DNA of 64,000 nucleotides from Catajapyx aquilonaris (Eukaryota): NCBI GenBank assembly GCA_000934665.2, contig JYFJ02000123.1, positions 1 to 64,000 of the forward strand, read 5' to 3'. Shown piece by piece: positions 21,947 to 34,800 of this stretch (position 1 is its first letter; each line of letters starts with the position of its first letter). The notes under the pieces were generated by a model. It saw only the letters and a program-made list of their open reading frames with translations, ran no database searches and was not told where the DNA came from. The position numbers and the translations under genes were made by a program.

Positions 21947-23618
21947 GTGAGCCTTTTTATTACACCATCAGCATCAGTGACAGAATCTGAACATAATATT
22001 ATAGGCTAAATCGTAATTTTCATTTGGAAAATTTGGGAGATAGTTTTATATAAAACACTGACCTCTAAATGCTGCTACTGTAGCGTAAAATGAGATTCAG
22101 CTAGTAATGTAATGTAATAATATATACGGTAACATCTTTAACACGACCTACATATACTGCAATACCGTATAGTAAGTAAAATGTGACATGTCTGGGACTG
22201 AAGTATTTCGCAGTCCTACACGAAACAGTTGGCCTATAATTACATACCTTACGCATTGTTCAAAAGAGTCTGTTCTTGCAGGAAAATTCATGAACGGTGT
22301 CTTCATATACGAAATGAGCAAGGAGATATTGCGAAGGAGGAGGAGTATTGAAGAGACTGAGTTGGTACTGGAGTCAATCTTGGAATTATTGGGCGTGTGT
22401 CTGAACTTTGACTGGGAAGTGAAGAAAATGGAGGCTGGTGCTGCTGCGGCTGTGGAGAGTCGCCTGGAGGACGGTACCTGGTTGGGAATGACAGGGGAAA
22501 TTACGTACGGACGAGCTGACTTCGCACCGGGGTTTCTGATGACCCCCACCTCCTTGGAAGCTATTGACCTCTCCGTTCCTTACGTCATTGACAGGATCAC
22601 CTTTATGACTGCCCAACCAAAGCAGATATTCAGTTGGACCGTCATAATAGACCCTTACACGTCAGGTGGATGGGCTTTTATTATATCCTCCGTAATCCTC
22701 GCCTCAGCTGTGCTTTACTGCCTTCTCAGAGCACAAGCTCGTTTGGACGAACCATTTTTGGAAATTACGCCGTCCGAGTATGTACCGTACTCACTACAGT
22801 TCATGTCTTTGGCTCTGATAGGATGGGGACCAACAGCAATTCCAACTCGATCATCCACGCAATCGTTCATCGGAATGTGGCTACTAGTTGCCATCATCAT
22901 CTCTTGCCTCTACCAGAGCAAGATGGTCGAATTCATGACATCTCCTAAAATGGAAGTATTGCCTACTACTTGGGATGAACTGGTCATCAGCAAACTGCGA
23001 TGGGGATCCTCATACACCCACAAAATTTACTTTCAAATGCTGACAGAAGAAGTGGACGTGGAGTCTCTCATCTACGTGGTTGCTAACATGGAGGGACAGA
23101 GTACCCTCCGTGAATGCTTGCAGGAAACTCAGGTGAGGCCATACGCGTGCATTTCTACCAAAATGTACCTGTCTTGGACGGCTGAAAGTTTCTTCAAGAG
23201 TGATGGCGAAAGCAAGGTTTTGCTGGCTCCTACAGACTCCATGAACATCTACTGCAGCTACGCCCTGACAAAACACCACGTCTCAAGGCTGGTTTTAAAT
23301 ACCCATTTGCAGCGATTGTTTAATGCTGGGCTGGTCAAGCACTTCACGGACAGGCTGATGTACTGGGTGAAATGGAATGGCATGAAGCAAGCGAGGAAGA
23401 GGAATGAGAAGGAAGAGGTCCCTGGGCCGCAGCCCCTCATGTGGAAGCAATTGGAGGTCTCGTTCTTGTGTCTTGGCATTGGACTGGGGACAGGTTTAGT
23501 GGCATTTGGGATCGAGGTAGTTAAGCATTTAGGGGTCCTTGTTACGCGCAAAGGGAGGAATCGCCCAGCCAAAAAGCACTTGATAATTACCGTAGCACAG
23601 CGTAATTCCGCTCGCTAA
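21244..23618 (+). CDS. Divergent ionotropic receptor (IR; iGluR-related chemosensory receptor), join(21244..21946,22282..23618), 679 aa
   Basis: Signal peptide (MPVITLVTIAFLVTFC); LFPDFARNMHG before S1; S1 motif DGTWLGMTGEITYGRADF; M1 (IIDPYTSGGWAFIISSVIL), pore/M2 (FIGMWLLVAIIISCLYQSKMVEFMTSP), S2 and M3 (PLMWKQLEVSFLCLGIGLGTGLVAFGIE). One phase-1 intron, gtgagc..ttgcag. Confidence 0.9.
22282..23618 (+). CDS. Ionotropic receptor exon 2 (ligand-binding domain and channel)
   Basis: Acceptor ttcttgcag; long open frame with three TM helices; TAA ending at 23618. Confidence 0.9.
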
Positions 23619-24578
23619 TTGCATGCTGCGCAGTATTACGATGTCATATTCACATATAAGAGTGATTAATAGAGTTTGTCATAAATCAGTCAACATCAAA
23701 GCGGTAATAATAGGATGTGATAGACGCAATAGTTCTAGTGTACGTGTCATTCAAAGTTGTTTTTGTGAATAATTTTTATGGCAACACTTCATGAATACGC
23801 TTCATTTGAGAGCCATTTAATACAGACATGAGAGAGCAAAATTCATGTAAACACAAGGGCCCGGTAATAGTGCATTGAAACTTAAGGCTTGTATGCCGTT
23901 TTGTAAACACACTTGGCCCAGCACTCCACCTAAATATATGTTCACTATATTATATTTGGATCTGTGAAAGGTATAATAGGCTATATTTCAGAATGTATAA
24001 AATATAGATTTATAGTACAACAAAACAACACGTGTCTTCACAGGTATATTGCATAAAGTATACGCGTTTGTAAACACACAATTGTACTGCTTTGTACTTG
24101 TTCATGCTCTGAATATCACGTTATTTTTAAACATGTTACTGCGTACAATATAGTTAAAATAAAATAGAGCTCAGAGTATGGGTCAACATAATGATTTATT
24201 CTAACTTAGAAATGAAGCTGTTTCGTGTAAACCGGCAGTTAAAGAAAAATATAACGGATAAATGCCTAATGCTTGTACTTTACAATTGTTTGTTAACTTT
24301 GTGACAAAACCAATACAACATAGATCTGACCTACTACACATGCTGACTATAATTAGTTTGAACAGAAAGATGCATTATTAATGCAATGTTATGGAAGATT
24401 TGTACGTAGGAACATCTTAACCTTTTGTGCATATATACACTGTCCTGCTTGTTACAAAAATATATTACAAAACTTCCCACCAAGGAAAAGTCAGCGTCCA
24501 TTACTTTGATCCTTGTATAGTTGGTCGCACTTTGACTAGTAATAGAGACAGTGGTTGTAACATAGAATCGATCCTAAT

Positions 24579-24700
24579 CTACGCAAACCAGTCGAAAATA
24601 CTTTTTCTCTTGTGGACGTGATTGTAAGGATGCTGAGCGAAACATTCCGCCGCCAATTTGTCGCACATGCACACTGTCCTTCTACACACATCCTCGTCGT
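24579..24700 (-). CDS. sPLA2 exon 4 (YDEDVCRRTVCMCDKLAAECFAQHPY...FDWFA*)
   Basis: Acceptor ttttttccag after a 63-nt intron; TAG at 24581-24579. Confidence 0.9.
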
Positions 24701-27700
24701 CTGGAAAAAAAAGAGTAAAAATTAATTAACAGTTAAGTCCTAAATATGGGACATGTTACTTACAGCATCGTATTATTTCTCCATTCCAATCCCAGGTGTA
24801 TGTGAGAAAAAATGCTCCCAGCCATGACCAGGAACACGCTCCTGAGTTGGCTTTGTCGTAGCACACGTCATGGTCACGACAGCACCTGTCAATAGGAAAT
24901 ATGTTATGAGATACCGGTACTTGTACACAAAATAAGGCCACCCTCCTAATGAGGCCACTTTTTAAATATCTCGTCAACGTCTGGCAATATATGGCGCTGT
25001 ATGGAGTCACCGTAATTGACACCCTTTATTGCGTACGTGGTACCGTTAGGTGACCTTCTTTGGAAAAATGTCCTAAGGTTATGTAAGGCGTTACTTTAGA
25101 GTTTAGACTTTTGAGTATGATAATAACTTACTACTGTATACATCCTTCAGCTTCACTCTACTGGTACTGTATCTAAAATGCTACTATCAGAAAATAAACT
25201 CGCGAAAGTTCGGATTTGTGACCATTTTATTTGTATTGGAGTCCAAGGTCATTAATGCAGGTCAGGAGTTTATGAAAATACAATGTAATAACAAAAAAGA
25301 ATAACTTTCAGGAATCTTAGCTTACCATAGTTCCGTTTATCACACAATGTATTGGTTTTGTTCTGTGATCACATGCCCAAATAAGGGCAATACCGGAAGC
25401 CTTTTAAACAAGAAGTATAGGCCTACGTATAAAAAATCCACTATGGACTTTTGAATATTGCATCATTCAAGGGGAAGATTGTAGCTTCCAACTCCTTAAA
25501 GACAATGTACGATGAAAGTGCACGTAATGGTATAGTGAAATTGAATCATGGGATAATTTCGGTATTATCGTCATGTTGCTGTGTTAGATTGAAATGTGAT
25601 CCATCTTGTGAGTAAATATACGCATCAGTGTTATTATTCAAGTTTTAAAATGTTTTCTGTGCGGCCAAATGAACAGGAGGGCTATTGGCAAATTTTTGTA
25701 TACTCAAGAACCATTTTTTGCCTGGATTTACAGGAGTGAAGGGGATTATTATGGGGATATTCAAAATTGTTATACCAAAAGCTCCTGATTATACAGTACG
25801 TGCAGATCACTTATAATCTGCACATCAGTGAAAATGGAACTCCGCAATGCGGATATGCCATTGTTTTTGGAACTAATGAGCTAATAGGTTATGCCTGGAA
25901 TGACAGAATATATTGGAATTTTTTTTGATTACGTAAGTGGCACTTTGCCAAATCAATTAAAACTATCATTACATCAGTTAAAAAAGATATTCATAGCATC
26001 CCTCTGCAGATGCTCGACACGTTTATATTATATTGCTTACCTGTAGTCCGGCCTTTCTCAGTACATTATTGAATTAACTCAGTGTACAAGTTACGTCATA
26101 TAATAATTTAGGAATCCAGGTCGTCTTTCAACAGAGCGCTGGTTATTCTCTTCACTTTGTTAGGCAAGTGAAACCCAAGCATGCCGGTATGTGTAAATTT
26201 ACACTAAACGACTAAGGTGATGTAACACGTGCATTTTGAGGAGATCCCTACTCAAGTGCACATTCTGGTTGCAACATACCATTGCTGAGACCGCTATCAC
26301 TTGACCCACTGCATTTTTAATATAAGAGCAAAATGTCAAACATTCTCTCTTGAACACAATCTTGCAAGATTAGTACTCCAATGGAAAAGCCATCACTCGA
26401 AAAGGCTCTATTAGTTGAGCACTGAATCTTCAGTGCAAGACAAGAGGATGGAATTCTAATTATTATTGTACTGAGCTGCCATTAATCTCTTCAACGTAGT
26501 GGTTACGAATAAGTGCAACTTCATAGCAAGTTATCTCACGGACTTAGATTGCTAACTAACAAAATAAGCCCTGAAAAACCACCCTGTCATCATGATTACT
26601 CGTAGATACGACAGGTGCATCGGTGTTAAAAATTATTATGTGCTTTCCTCTTGAAATTGTGAAACGGGTGTTAATGGGGATTTATCTCTTCAGGCGCTTA
26701 TTATAACGCTGGCATTTTATCCCAGCAACCGGGATCGCTTAATCCTCCAACTCGTAATGGCGTTGGAAACGTCGAGTCTAATACTAAAGCAACACTGAGT
26801 GAATTTTGACTCCTATTAAAATCACTGCCAAAAAACTCACTTTTGTTTGTGCGCCGAGACTTAATCCGCAATGCCGATTACGTTATGACACTGTAATCGT
26901 CATTGTGTACGTAGGTGATTTTTACGAGTTGTGGTGAGGAGGTGAGGTCTGCAATATTTTGCTTGGCTATAGAGCATGTCGATAAATGAATTTTCATGAG
27001 CCATGATAACTTGACAATTGAACTGTGCAAGCATGTAGGCGAGTGTGGTCGTATTACTACTTATCTAGCTATTAAGGGAAACGTTTATGGGGGGAGAAGA
27101 AGTGGGTGTATATGCCGTAGTAGGAGGAAAAGTGAAATTCTTGTGGGCAAGGGGGCTGCAAAACTGGACGACTCTTTGGTATGGAGGAAGTAGAACTCCC
27201 TTTTACTAGGCCACAGGAGGGCAATCGCCCTCTCTTAGATGCCTTCCCTTCATGCAAGCTGTATATGCCGCTCAGTCTCTTCATCATTTTATCAACATCA
27301 ACCTCGCATATGGGGGCAAATACCGGTACATACTTAGATAGTCGCCAGACAATTCGAGCTCACCTCTGGGATTCACACTCAGAAGCTGAGAATTTGCGAA
27401 AATAAAAATGTGTGCGGAATATGAAGATAACTTTCCCCTCCCAGGGAACATCCCTTGAACCAACTGGGCCAAATGCCAATTAAGAAGTTGTGCAAGCCTG
27501 CCTATGCCCAGCTATGGAAAGCAATGGTGAAACCTGTTTAGATAGTAATTAAGAGTAAAGTGGAGGAGAAGCCCTGTTCTGTTTACACTTTGTGACGCGT
27601 GCTGCTCTTTCTCTTATCATTGCTATAAGTTATACTGTATTCACTTTTTTTTCCTGTTCGGTACCAATCTCTCTCTTTTACCTCACATTTCTGTGCGAGA

Positions 27701-28814
27701 GCGCTGCACTCTCAAAGAAGGCATGAAGTGAAAGTTGTGCTGTGCCATTAGTCATAACAACTGTGGATACTCGATTACAATCTGAGAGGTGATTCGAGGA
27801 TGGAGGTCAAACCCGTTGGGCGCCTTCTTCAGGAATTTGCGACTCTCTCAGAAGGATGCTTAGGTATGCTAAATATATACCTCGGGGATTAATAAATGAG
27901 GCTGGCTTACTGTTAATGAAAGTGGGGTCACTTTGGCCCCATGGGGAACTTGCGCCACATTTGGGACACGCATTGCCATCGCATAATGGTACGGATTAAT
28001 TAGCACTCCTGTCGCCAGGGGGGGATAAGAATTAGTAGTGTTAGCTGCGATCACCTGATGGCGATGTGTTCCATTTGGTAGGTTCTGAGAACATCACAAG
28101 GGTCATGTACACAAAATATTTCTGTCGTTGGATCATGTAAGTAAATTAATTAATAGTTGAGACAACAATAACTACGAAAAGAGCAAGATCGGAAAAGTTT
28201 TCTGTCATGTTGAAGGTTCTACAACAAGTTTTGATTGCCGAAATTACTACACTTCGTATAGGTACCTGATGGGACATAAAACCAAGTATTTGGCGAGTGG
28301 TCGTACTTACTGGTCGATAGGGTCAACTGCCGGTTTATCCCCGCCGCCTAATCCGCAATGGTTTCCATAGCTATTGTAAAGCAGGGCTTCTCTTTGGGTG
28401 CTGAGTCGGATCATGTCTCCAAATTGGCCAATGTAACGTTTGGTGCGTCTCCACGCAGTTCTTCCTCGCCCTTTGGGAAAATCCAAAAAGTACCTGCTGG
28501 TAGTTAGAGAGCTCCAGTCAGAAGCAAAGATGAAGTGAAGAAAGAGAAAGAACAAGAAGGGAGAGAGAGAGAGAAAAGAGAGAGAGAGAGAGAGAGAGAG
28601 AATAGGTAAAGAGGCCAAGGTTATTATTTCCCAGCCACTTCTGGGGCAAGTTGAAAGTAAGACTGATGAGTAATGACGTGCGGAACGAGACGGTGTTTTT
28701 GCCACCTACTCCACTACTGTCCGCAGGTATTTTTGTGAAACGGTAGAAAGCCCACTTACCTCCACTGAAAAGTGTGCAGAGACAGAGAAGGAGCAGCGTC
28801 ATTTGGAGCTTCAT
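24579..28814 (-). CDS. Secretory phospholipase A2 of the conventional group I/II/V/X fold, complement join(28814..28760,28470..28311,24885..24764,24700..24579), 152 aa precursor
   Basis: Signal peptide MKLQMTLLLLCLCTLFSG and a propeptide ending RTKR. N-terminal helix YIGQFGDMI, Ca2+ loop YGNHCGLGG, catalytic DQCCRDHDVCY, and CMCDKLAAECF with the catalytic Asp. Phases 1, 2, 1 close in frame. Confidence 0.9.
24764..24885 (-). CDS. sPLA2 exon 3 (catalytic His-Asp, CCRDHDVCY)
   Basis: Acceptor attgacag; donor gtaagt at 24763. Confidence 0.92.
27120..27370 (+). mobile_element. Possible highly decayed non-LTR reverse-transcriptase fragment in sPLA2 intron 2
   Basis: KSEILV followed (with frameshifts) by KY..TYLDSRQTIRAHL, which resembles the RT thumb motif KYLGxxLDxxLTFxxH. 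The match is weak. Confidence 0.35.
28311..28470 (-). CDS. sPLA2 exon 2 (propeptide, N-helix, Ca2+ loop)
   Basis: Acceptor ttttcccaaag with an upstream ctaac; donor gtaagt at 28310. Confidence 0.85.
28560..28600. repeat. (GA)n microsatellite in sPLA2 intron 1
   Basis: Read directly from the sequence. Confidence 0.9.
28760..28814 (-). CDS. sPLA2 exon 1 (signal peptide)
   Basis: Hydrophobic leader; strong donor G|gtaagt. Confidence 0.75.
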
Positions 28815-31800
28815 CTTCCTGTCAATTCGGTGGGGTTTGCAAAAATTACTACTTTTTGCTGTCAAATGTCCTTATCGTTATTTGTTTTGACAAATTATTT
28901 TTTCTTTCTTTTTGTTTGCTTTGAAATTACGCGCAGTGGTTTTCATTGTATCCGAATGACTGATCCTGCGTCTAAGAGAGACTGTCACAAAGCAGTGTCA
29001 CGGGCGGAAAACATGTTTCGTATGTGGCACCAAAGACAATGCGGTCAACACTCACATATGTTAGAGGCTCCCATGGAGGTGGTCGGTCAGCTGGTGCTGG
29101 TGGTTGCCCAGTCCTTTTGCTTCTGGTCGACGGAACGGCCACGTGGTTCCTCCAACTGCCACCCCTCCACCCCCACCCCCCCCGGCCTTATACCACCCCA
29201 CCCCGACCACTTACACCCGAAGCACCTATCGACAACGTACAGAGAGGTAAAAGGCCCCTCCTGTGTTGTTTCTCTTCCCAGTGACAACTCAGCTCTCCAG
29301 TTGCATGTTGGGCATGTTGCTCTCTTTTTTCTCCCCTTGCCACATGGGAGCCTGCTGTCCTCCTCTCTTGGTCAACACCTAGCTGGATGACCTCATTGCT
29401 GTTACCAGCTCACTTTTTTGTATGTGAACTGTAGACTCAAGAAGGACAAGGATAACCCCTCGCCGTTCTTTGTTTGATATGGCCACACGTGACGTGAACA
29501 TTCTGTACACAGGGTTGTATTGTTAATGCCAGACGCTATTCGGACGCTGCAGGCTCGAACGCTGTACAATCAGTATGAATTGCATAATTTCCGGAAGGCG
29601 GTGTAATCAGCTTGTTAGTCCCTGTAGGCGTTATCGGAAAATCCAGCGCTATTGTTTTAATGCACAAATCCATCGCGAGATTTGCCTGGAGCTGATGAAG
29701 TAAAAAATGCACAAAAAGCGCGATGGGGATAGCAAGTCTCGGAATTGTTCCGGAACGAAAGACTAATGAATGAATTTTATCAAGTACCGGTACACAAAAA
29801 AGTCGGGCTTATTGTTCGAGTATAATCTCATTAATCTGGGTAGACAGAGGAATAAATAGATGATTTTTTTCCCCGCATGATCAGTGCAGTTGGAACTCAT
29901 TGCTTTCCAGTTGCTGTATGATAATAATAATAATAGCAACTTATGTCAAGATATGGTTTCCGTGGAATGACACAATCATGCCGTGTTTACAGTATAATAA
30001 TTATGATGATGTTGTTATTATCATTTTGTATTCGAAGGTTTACATGCGCAGAAAATTGCACACCTCCAAGCCATTCATAGATCAAATCAATACACTCTAA
30101 ATGCAGTATGGTACTGTGTTGAAGTCTGGGATACGGGAATTGTGTCGATATACTTGCAAATAACAAGAAGGGTAGAATAATTTTAAAGGGATTGGTTCTT
30201 TTTCTTCATCTCTTTAAACTAGTTGGGGGGAGTAAACAATATTCCTAAATTTTTCTGTTCTCTCTGGGAAACCTCTGTATAAAATAATAGGGTATGATCA
30301 TTCTGGGTGATTTCCTTGAATCTTTAACCTAATTCCAGTAATTTATGTTTCATTTTCTTTCTCAACCTTATTCCGTAAGATTTGATCCCGTTTGACCCAC
30401 ACTTCAATCGATTTCACCCCGATTCCGATACTGCATACGCCTACTTGCAATCATGCGGTTTGATTTTGAAGTTACAATAATTATGTTGCTCCCATTCAAT
30501 TACACCTGCAGTTTACGTTAATTCTGTAGTGATGATTCTAAATTTAACTTCACACCTTTTTTTAAAAAAATCCGAGTTTTTTTTGGATTAAAATCAATTC
30601 TCACATCAGTGCTGCTGACCGTACCTTAACATCGACAACAACATGGATGCTGGTGATGATGTCCTCAATGTACTGTGTAATTTAGGAAAGCAATCATTAG
30701 GGGAATGTCAAAGTGAGAATTGTGGGAGAAATGTGCTAGGTAAAAGAAAGGCTTACTTTTCTCGGTAATAGAAAGGAACTTCTGCGAACGTCAGAATAGG
30801 TCTGTGTATTCAGTTGTAATCATGATTGATGGGTGTCTTTTTGATACGCTCTAATTAAGTAAATTGAAATAATAAGCTTCCTGATAAAATATACGTTAAT
30901 GTAAACTGAAAATATCTGCATCTTTCAGTAAATGATGAGCACCATTATTGCCATTGAATAATTTTAATATCACTTTCTACCTTCACTTGCAATAGGTGGC
31001 AGAAAGCGAGATTATATTTTCCTCTTAGCCCCCTGCATCTGTTGCGTCAACTGTACTGAATTCAATAACAATTTATGCCATATTAATACAGAAATGCTAG
31101 AAATTACGTTTCCTGGTACCTATATAGACTAATAGTTACAGTCAGAGAAAAGAATGACTAATCCGTGAGATAATACTGTTGCATGCACTGTTCATTACCC
31201 ACACTAAAGAAGATTAAAATTGCATCACCTTTATAGATTGAAAGAACGGGGGTAATAATTAACGTCCCGATTACACAAGAGGGCAGCCTTCCGTGGCCTC
31301 CAAACTATGCAAATGATATGCATCGAGAGAGTGCCAAGATGGTTGTCTTATGTTTTTCTTCCCTCTCCGCTCACCTAATCTCGTCATAAGTCACACAAAA
31401 ATGTCCTGAGAAAGTGACTGGGGTTATGCTACCTGATGCATTTGACCCCTCCCACTTCCCCTGGGCCACCAGTTTTGCAGATGAAGGAAGTGTAAAGTTG
31501 GGGTTTGCCAAATGGGAAATGAGAGCAAACCGTAGCTACTTTCACGGGCAGTTGACCTCCCGAGTACATTTAAAAAAATCCGCATACTCCTAAAATTTTG
31601 GCCAATTTTGTTGTACCTGGGCGGTTTACCAGCACTTAAGAAAACAGCTTATGCGAGTTAACCCCACGCAAACTGTTACATTTCACATATTTAAAGCTGG
31701 TCATTTGTACCGCGAAACCGAGCTATTTTCTTGAAGTTCGTGAGAAGAGCTTCGAAGGGAAAGTGATAAGAAGACTCTCTTTTTTTTCTCTCTCCCTTTT

Positions 31801-34800
31801 TTCGCAGAAAAAAATTAATAGGCGCCGCCAGGGCGTGTGTTTTGAGTGCTGGCTTTGTTTACTCTCGTGTTAAGCTTAGTGCCGATGCGGGTTGTGAGAG
31901 TGAAAAGACATGGAAGGTGAAAGGACCCATATTGTTGGAGGTGGGGGGGGGGGAGCCTGCGTAATTGTTCCGAAAGGGATCAAAGTNGGGGGGGGGGGGG
32001 GAGCCTGCGTAATTGTTCCGAAAGGGATCAAAGTGCAGCAGCGGATAATGATGAGGTTGGTTCGGCGGATCGTAAACAAGGCCGTTACGAAACCCCCGGA
32101 CGGGTGCTTTCGCTGATGGGTGAAAAAAAAACGGGATCCATAAGAATGTGTCAGGAAGAAGAAGAAAGTGTCCTCTTATGAGGCCATCACGCTTGAGGTG
32201 ATTCCGAACAAATTTGTTGTGAAATTTTGCTGTCTCATCCTAATACCAAATGCCGATATTGTACCATTCGTTTAGTAGTGGCATATTAATTGACGAATTT
32301 GGCGCAATATGATACTCGTATGTACTGTACCGTATAGGCTACATAGTGCAGCATGAATGTAAAATAATGTGTCTGCTGAGTGTGACACAATCACACAAAA
32401 GGTAAATCGGCTGCACAGAATGGCAAGAAAAATATTTTAATGAATATATTTCCTTGCTTCCCTGCACGGAGAACGAAGAAAAAAGTATGAGATACTAGAA
32501 AACCGATGGTGGTAGGCCACCCCCCTATAACGACTTACAGTTGTGTCACGGGGTAAAAATAAATAAATAAATAAACAAATAAAAAATATTTTAATGAATA
32601 TGTCGGAGTACAAATTACCATAAATATTTGCATATAACTCCAATTTTATTAGGCCTTTCAGCCATGCTACATACAAGTAGTATCCTAGATCTTCCAAATT
32701 GAATCCGGTTCTGCGTATGTAGTGATCATGTGTGTGACCAAACTCCTCAATTAGTGCCTTATTTCCAAATTACGTCTTGTAATTAACGCGGAGAGGAAGG
32801 GGGTAGCTCAGCCAGAAAATGCGGGTCCTTGCTTCTCACATGTGGAACACTAGCCTGCCTTCACGAAGGTAAACCGGCTTTCACTTTTCAAGATCAAGAG
32901 CAAAAGCCCTTAGCTTGCAATGCGCTATAAGGGAGGAGGCGGAAGACAGCTACACTATATAGAAGGGGGCGTCCATAAAAAAAGAGGTCAAGTTTTCCGT
33001 TTCACTGAGCTTTTTCCGCTCCTTACACTGATTTCCTTTACCTTAGCCGAGAGAAAGCAAAAGGTGGCGCCAGGGATATATTACCCATAAAAATGAAAAC
33101 AAAGCCATGATGACGGTTGGGGGAGGGACGACGGGTGGAAGTGATTATGAAACGCCAGGTTGAACAGCCCAGGAATTTTTCCTTACCCTCCCCCCCCCTC
33201 TTTGTAATTGCAAGGTTGTTCAAGTGCGGTCATTGGCCTTATACTCAGGAATGCAAAAATTCCTGGCGTGAAAACCTTAGTGCGTCAGATGCATGGTGCA
33301 TAGTCCGAAACTTGTAAGTACATGTTTTGTTTTTTTCTTTCTATAGGGTTATCTGTTGGACTAGGGTTAGAAAGGAGGGATGCTGACTTCCTGAATCATG
33401 GGGACGTATACTAGGCTAAGTTTCAAGGTGAAGGCACGATAAGAAGCGGGCGAAAAAGAAAGGTTGAAAGAAGAAGAAAAAAAAAAATTTGCACGATCCT
33501 GGAAGAGAGTGACGTAAGGGAAAGTTGAGGAAGTGGCAGTGGTCAGTGAGGGGCGTAAATTCTTTCAGAGGGGAAGGGGAGGGGGGATAGATAAGGATAG
33601 AGAGGGGGGGGGAGAAGGTGGAGAAAAAAAATTACAGCATTTCTAAATGATAGGTGGGAGGGACGTTTTAATCGTCTTTCACTATTGCTCGGAAAGGTCA
33701 TAGCCGAAATGGTATGCGGTGTGGAATTTGATGGACGAGGTTCTCTTGTGAAAGTGTGGATCAAACTGAATATGGGTAAGGCACTACTCAAGTAATCAGG
33801 AGGTATAACGTGTTACGCGATGTTCAGACTGATTTGTATAATCTGTTTGAGAGGATCCGGGACCACAAATTATGGCGTTATGTGGAAGAAGAGAGTTTTG
33901 CGAGAGGTGTATTGAAGATAATAAATGGTGGGTATATAGTGCGTAATACGAAGGGTAATAAATTCATTTTTTTTTGCAAACTACCGGAAAGAAAGTACGC
34001 ACCTCCTATTTCAACGTAATAATATTCGGTGACATTAATGCATTCTTATGTTTTACTGGATTTTTAAAAAGAAAAGGGGTGACATAATTTTAAGATTTAG
34101 CGACCCTTTTAATTTGAGGTACTTTAAAACTCTAATTAGTCGCTTGTAATTAATTACTTTGTGATCCTTTAATCTGAATACCGGGAAGTACTTTCTGAGA
34201 GGCTTACTCAGATTTGGTACCACCATCTCCCAAGGCAACAGATGGAGCAGACAAAATCGACCAGCATAAGATGCACAATTTTTTTCAGGTGGATATAAGA
34301 AGGTTACAAATATTTCTTGCACAAAAGGTTATTTCATGCGATTTCACACCTTGCATGGGAAATTTTCATCTGGGGAAGGCCCGAATTTATTTTTTATCCA
34401 GAAAGTTGAGCGACGATTAAGTTTGCTTTTTCGTCTAGATGAGAAGCAGCTTAATCTATGAGGCTCTGGCCCTTTAGTCTCCAATGCTACTCCCGCTCGT
34501 GAATAACAGGACTGGAGCCCGTCTTAAGAATATTAAGTGGAAGGTGTTGCTTCAGAGTTCGGAGGAAGCAAGATTCTTTCTCCGCCATCTTTAGCGCAGA
34601 AGAATTTACGACGGCGCCCCGATTTCAGTTAAGTTATTCATGCTTGTGAAATCTATATGGCAGAGAGAAAAAAAAGTTGATGATGAGTTCTGCGAACGTT
34701 CTCGGCGCATATGAAAATGGAAGATTAAATTGATCCCCCACATCAAGCCGGTCATTTGTAACTTTCCAAGCGACATCACTGATAGCTGGATAATTTGGAG

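Noticed and set aside
28803..29390. 195-aa + strand ORF upstream of sPLA2
   Set aside because: TTG start, low complexity and no recognisable domain; it overlaps the sPLA2 5' region.
31943..32034. Exact ~44-bp tandem duplication (poly-G + agcctgcgtaattgttccgaaagggatcaaagt)
   Set aside because: The copies are separated by a single N at 31987 next to poly-G, typical of overlapping contig ends. The same pattern appears at N5525, and Ns at 262-263 and 2614 also sit in C runs. It is most likely an assembly artefact.
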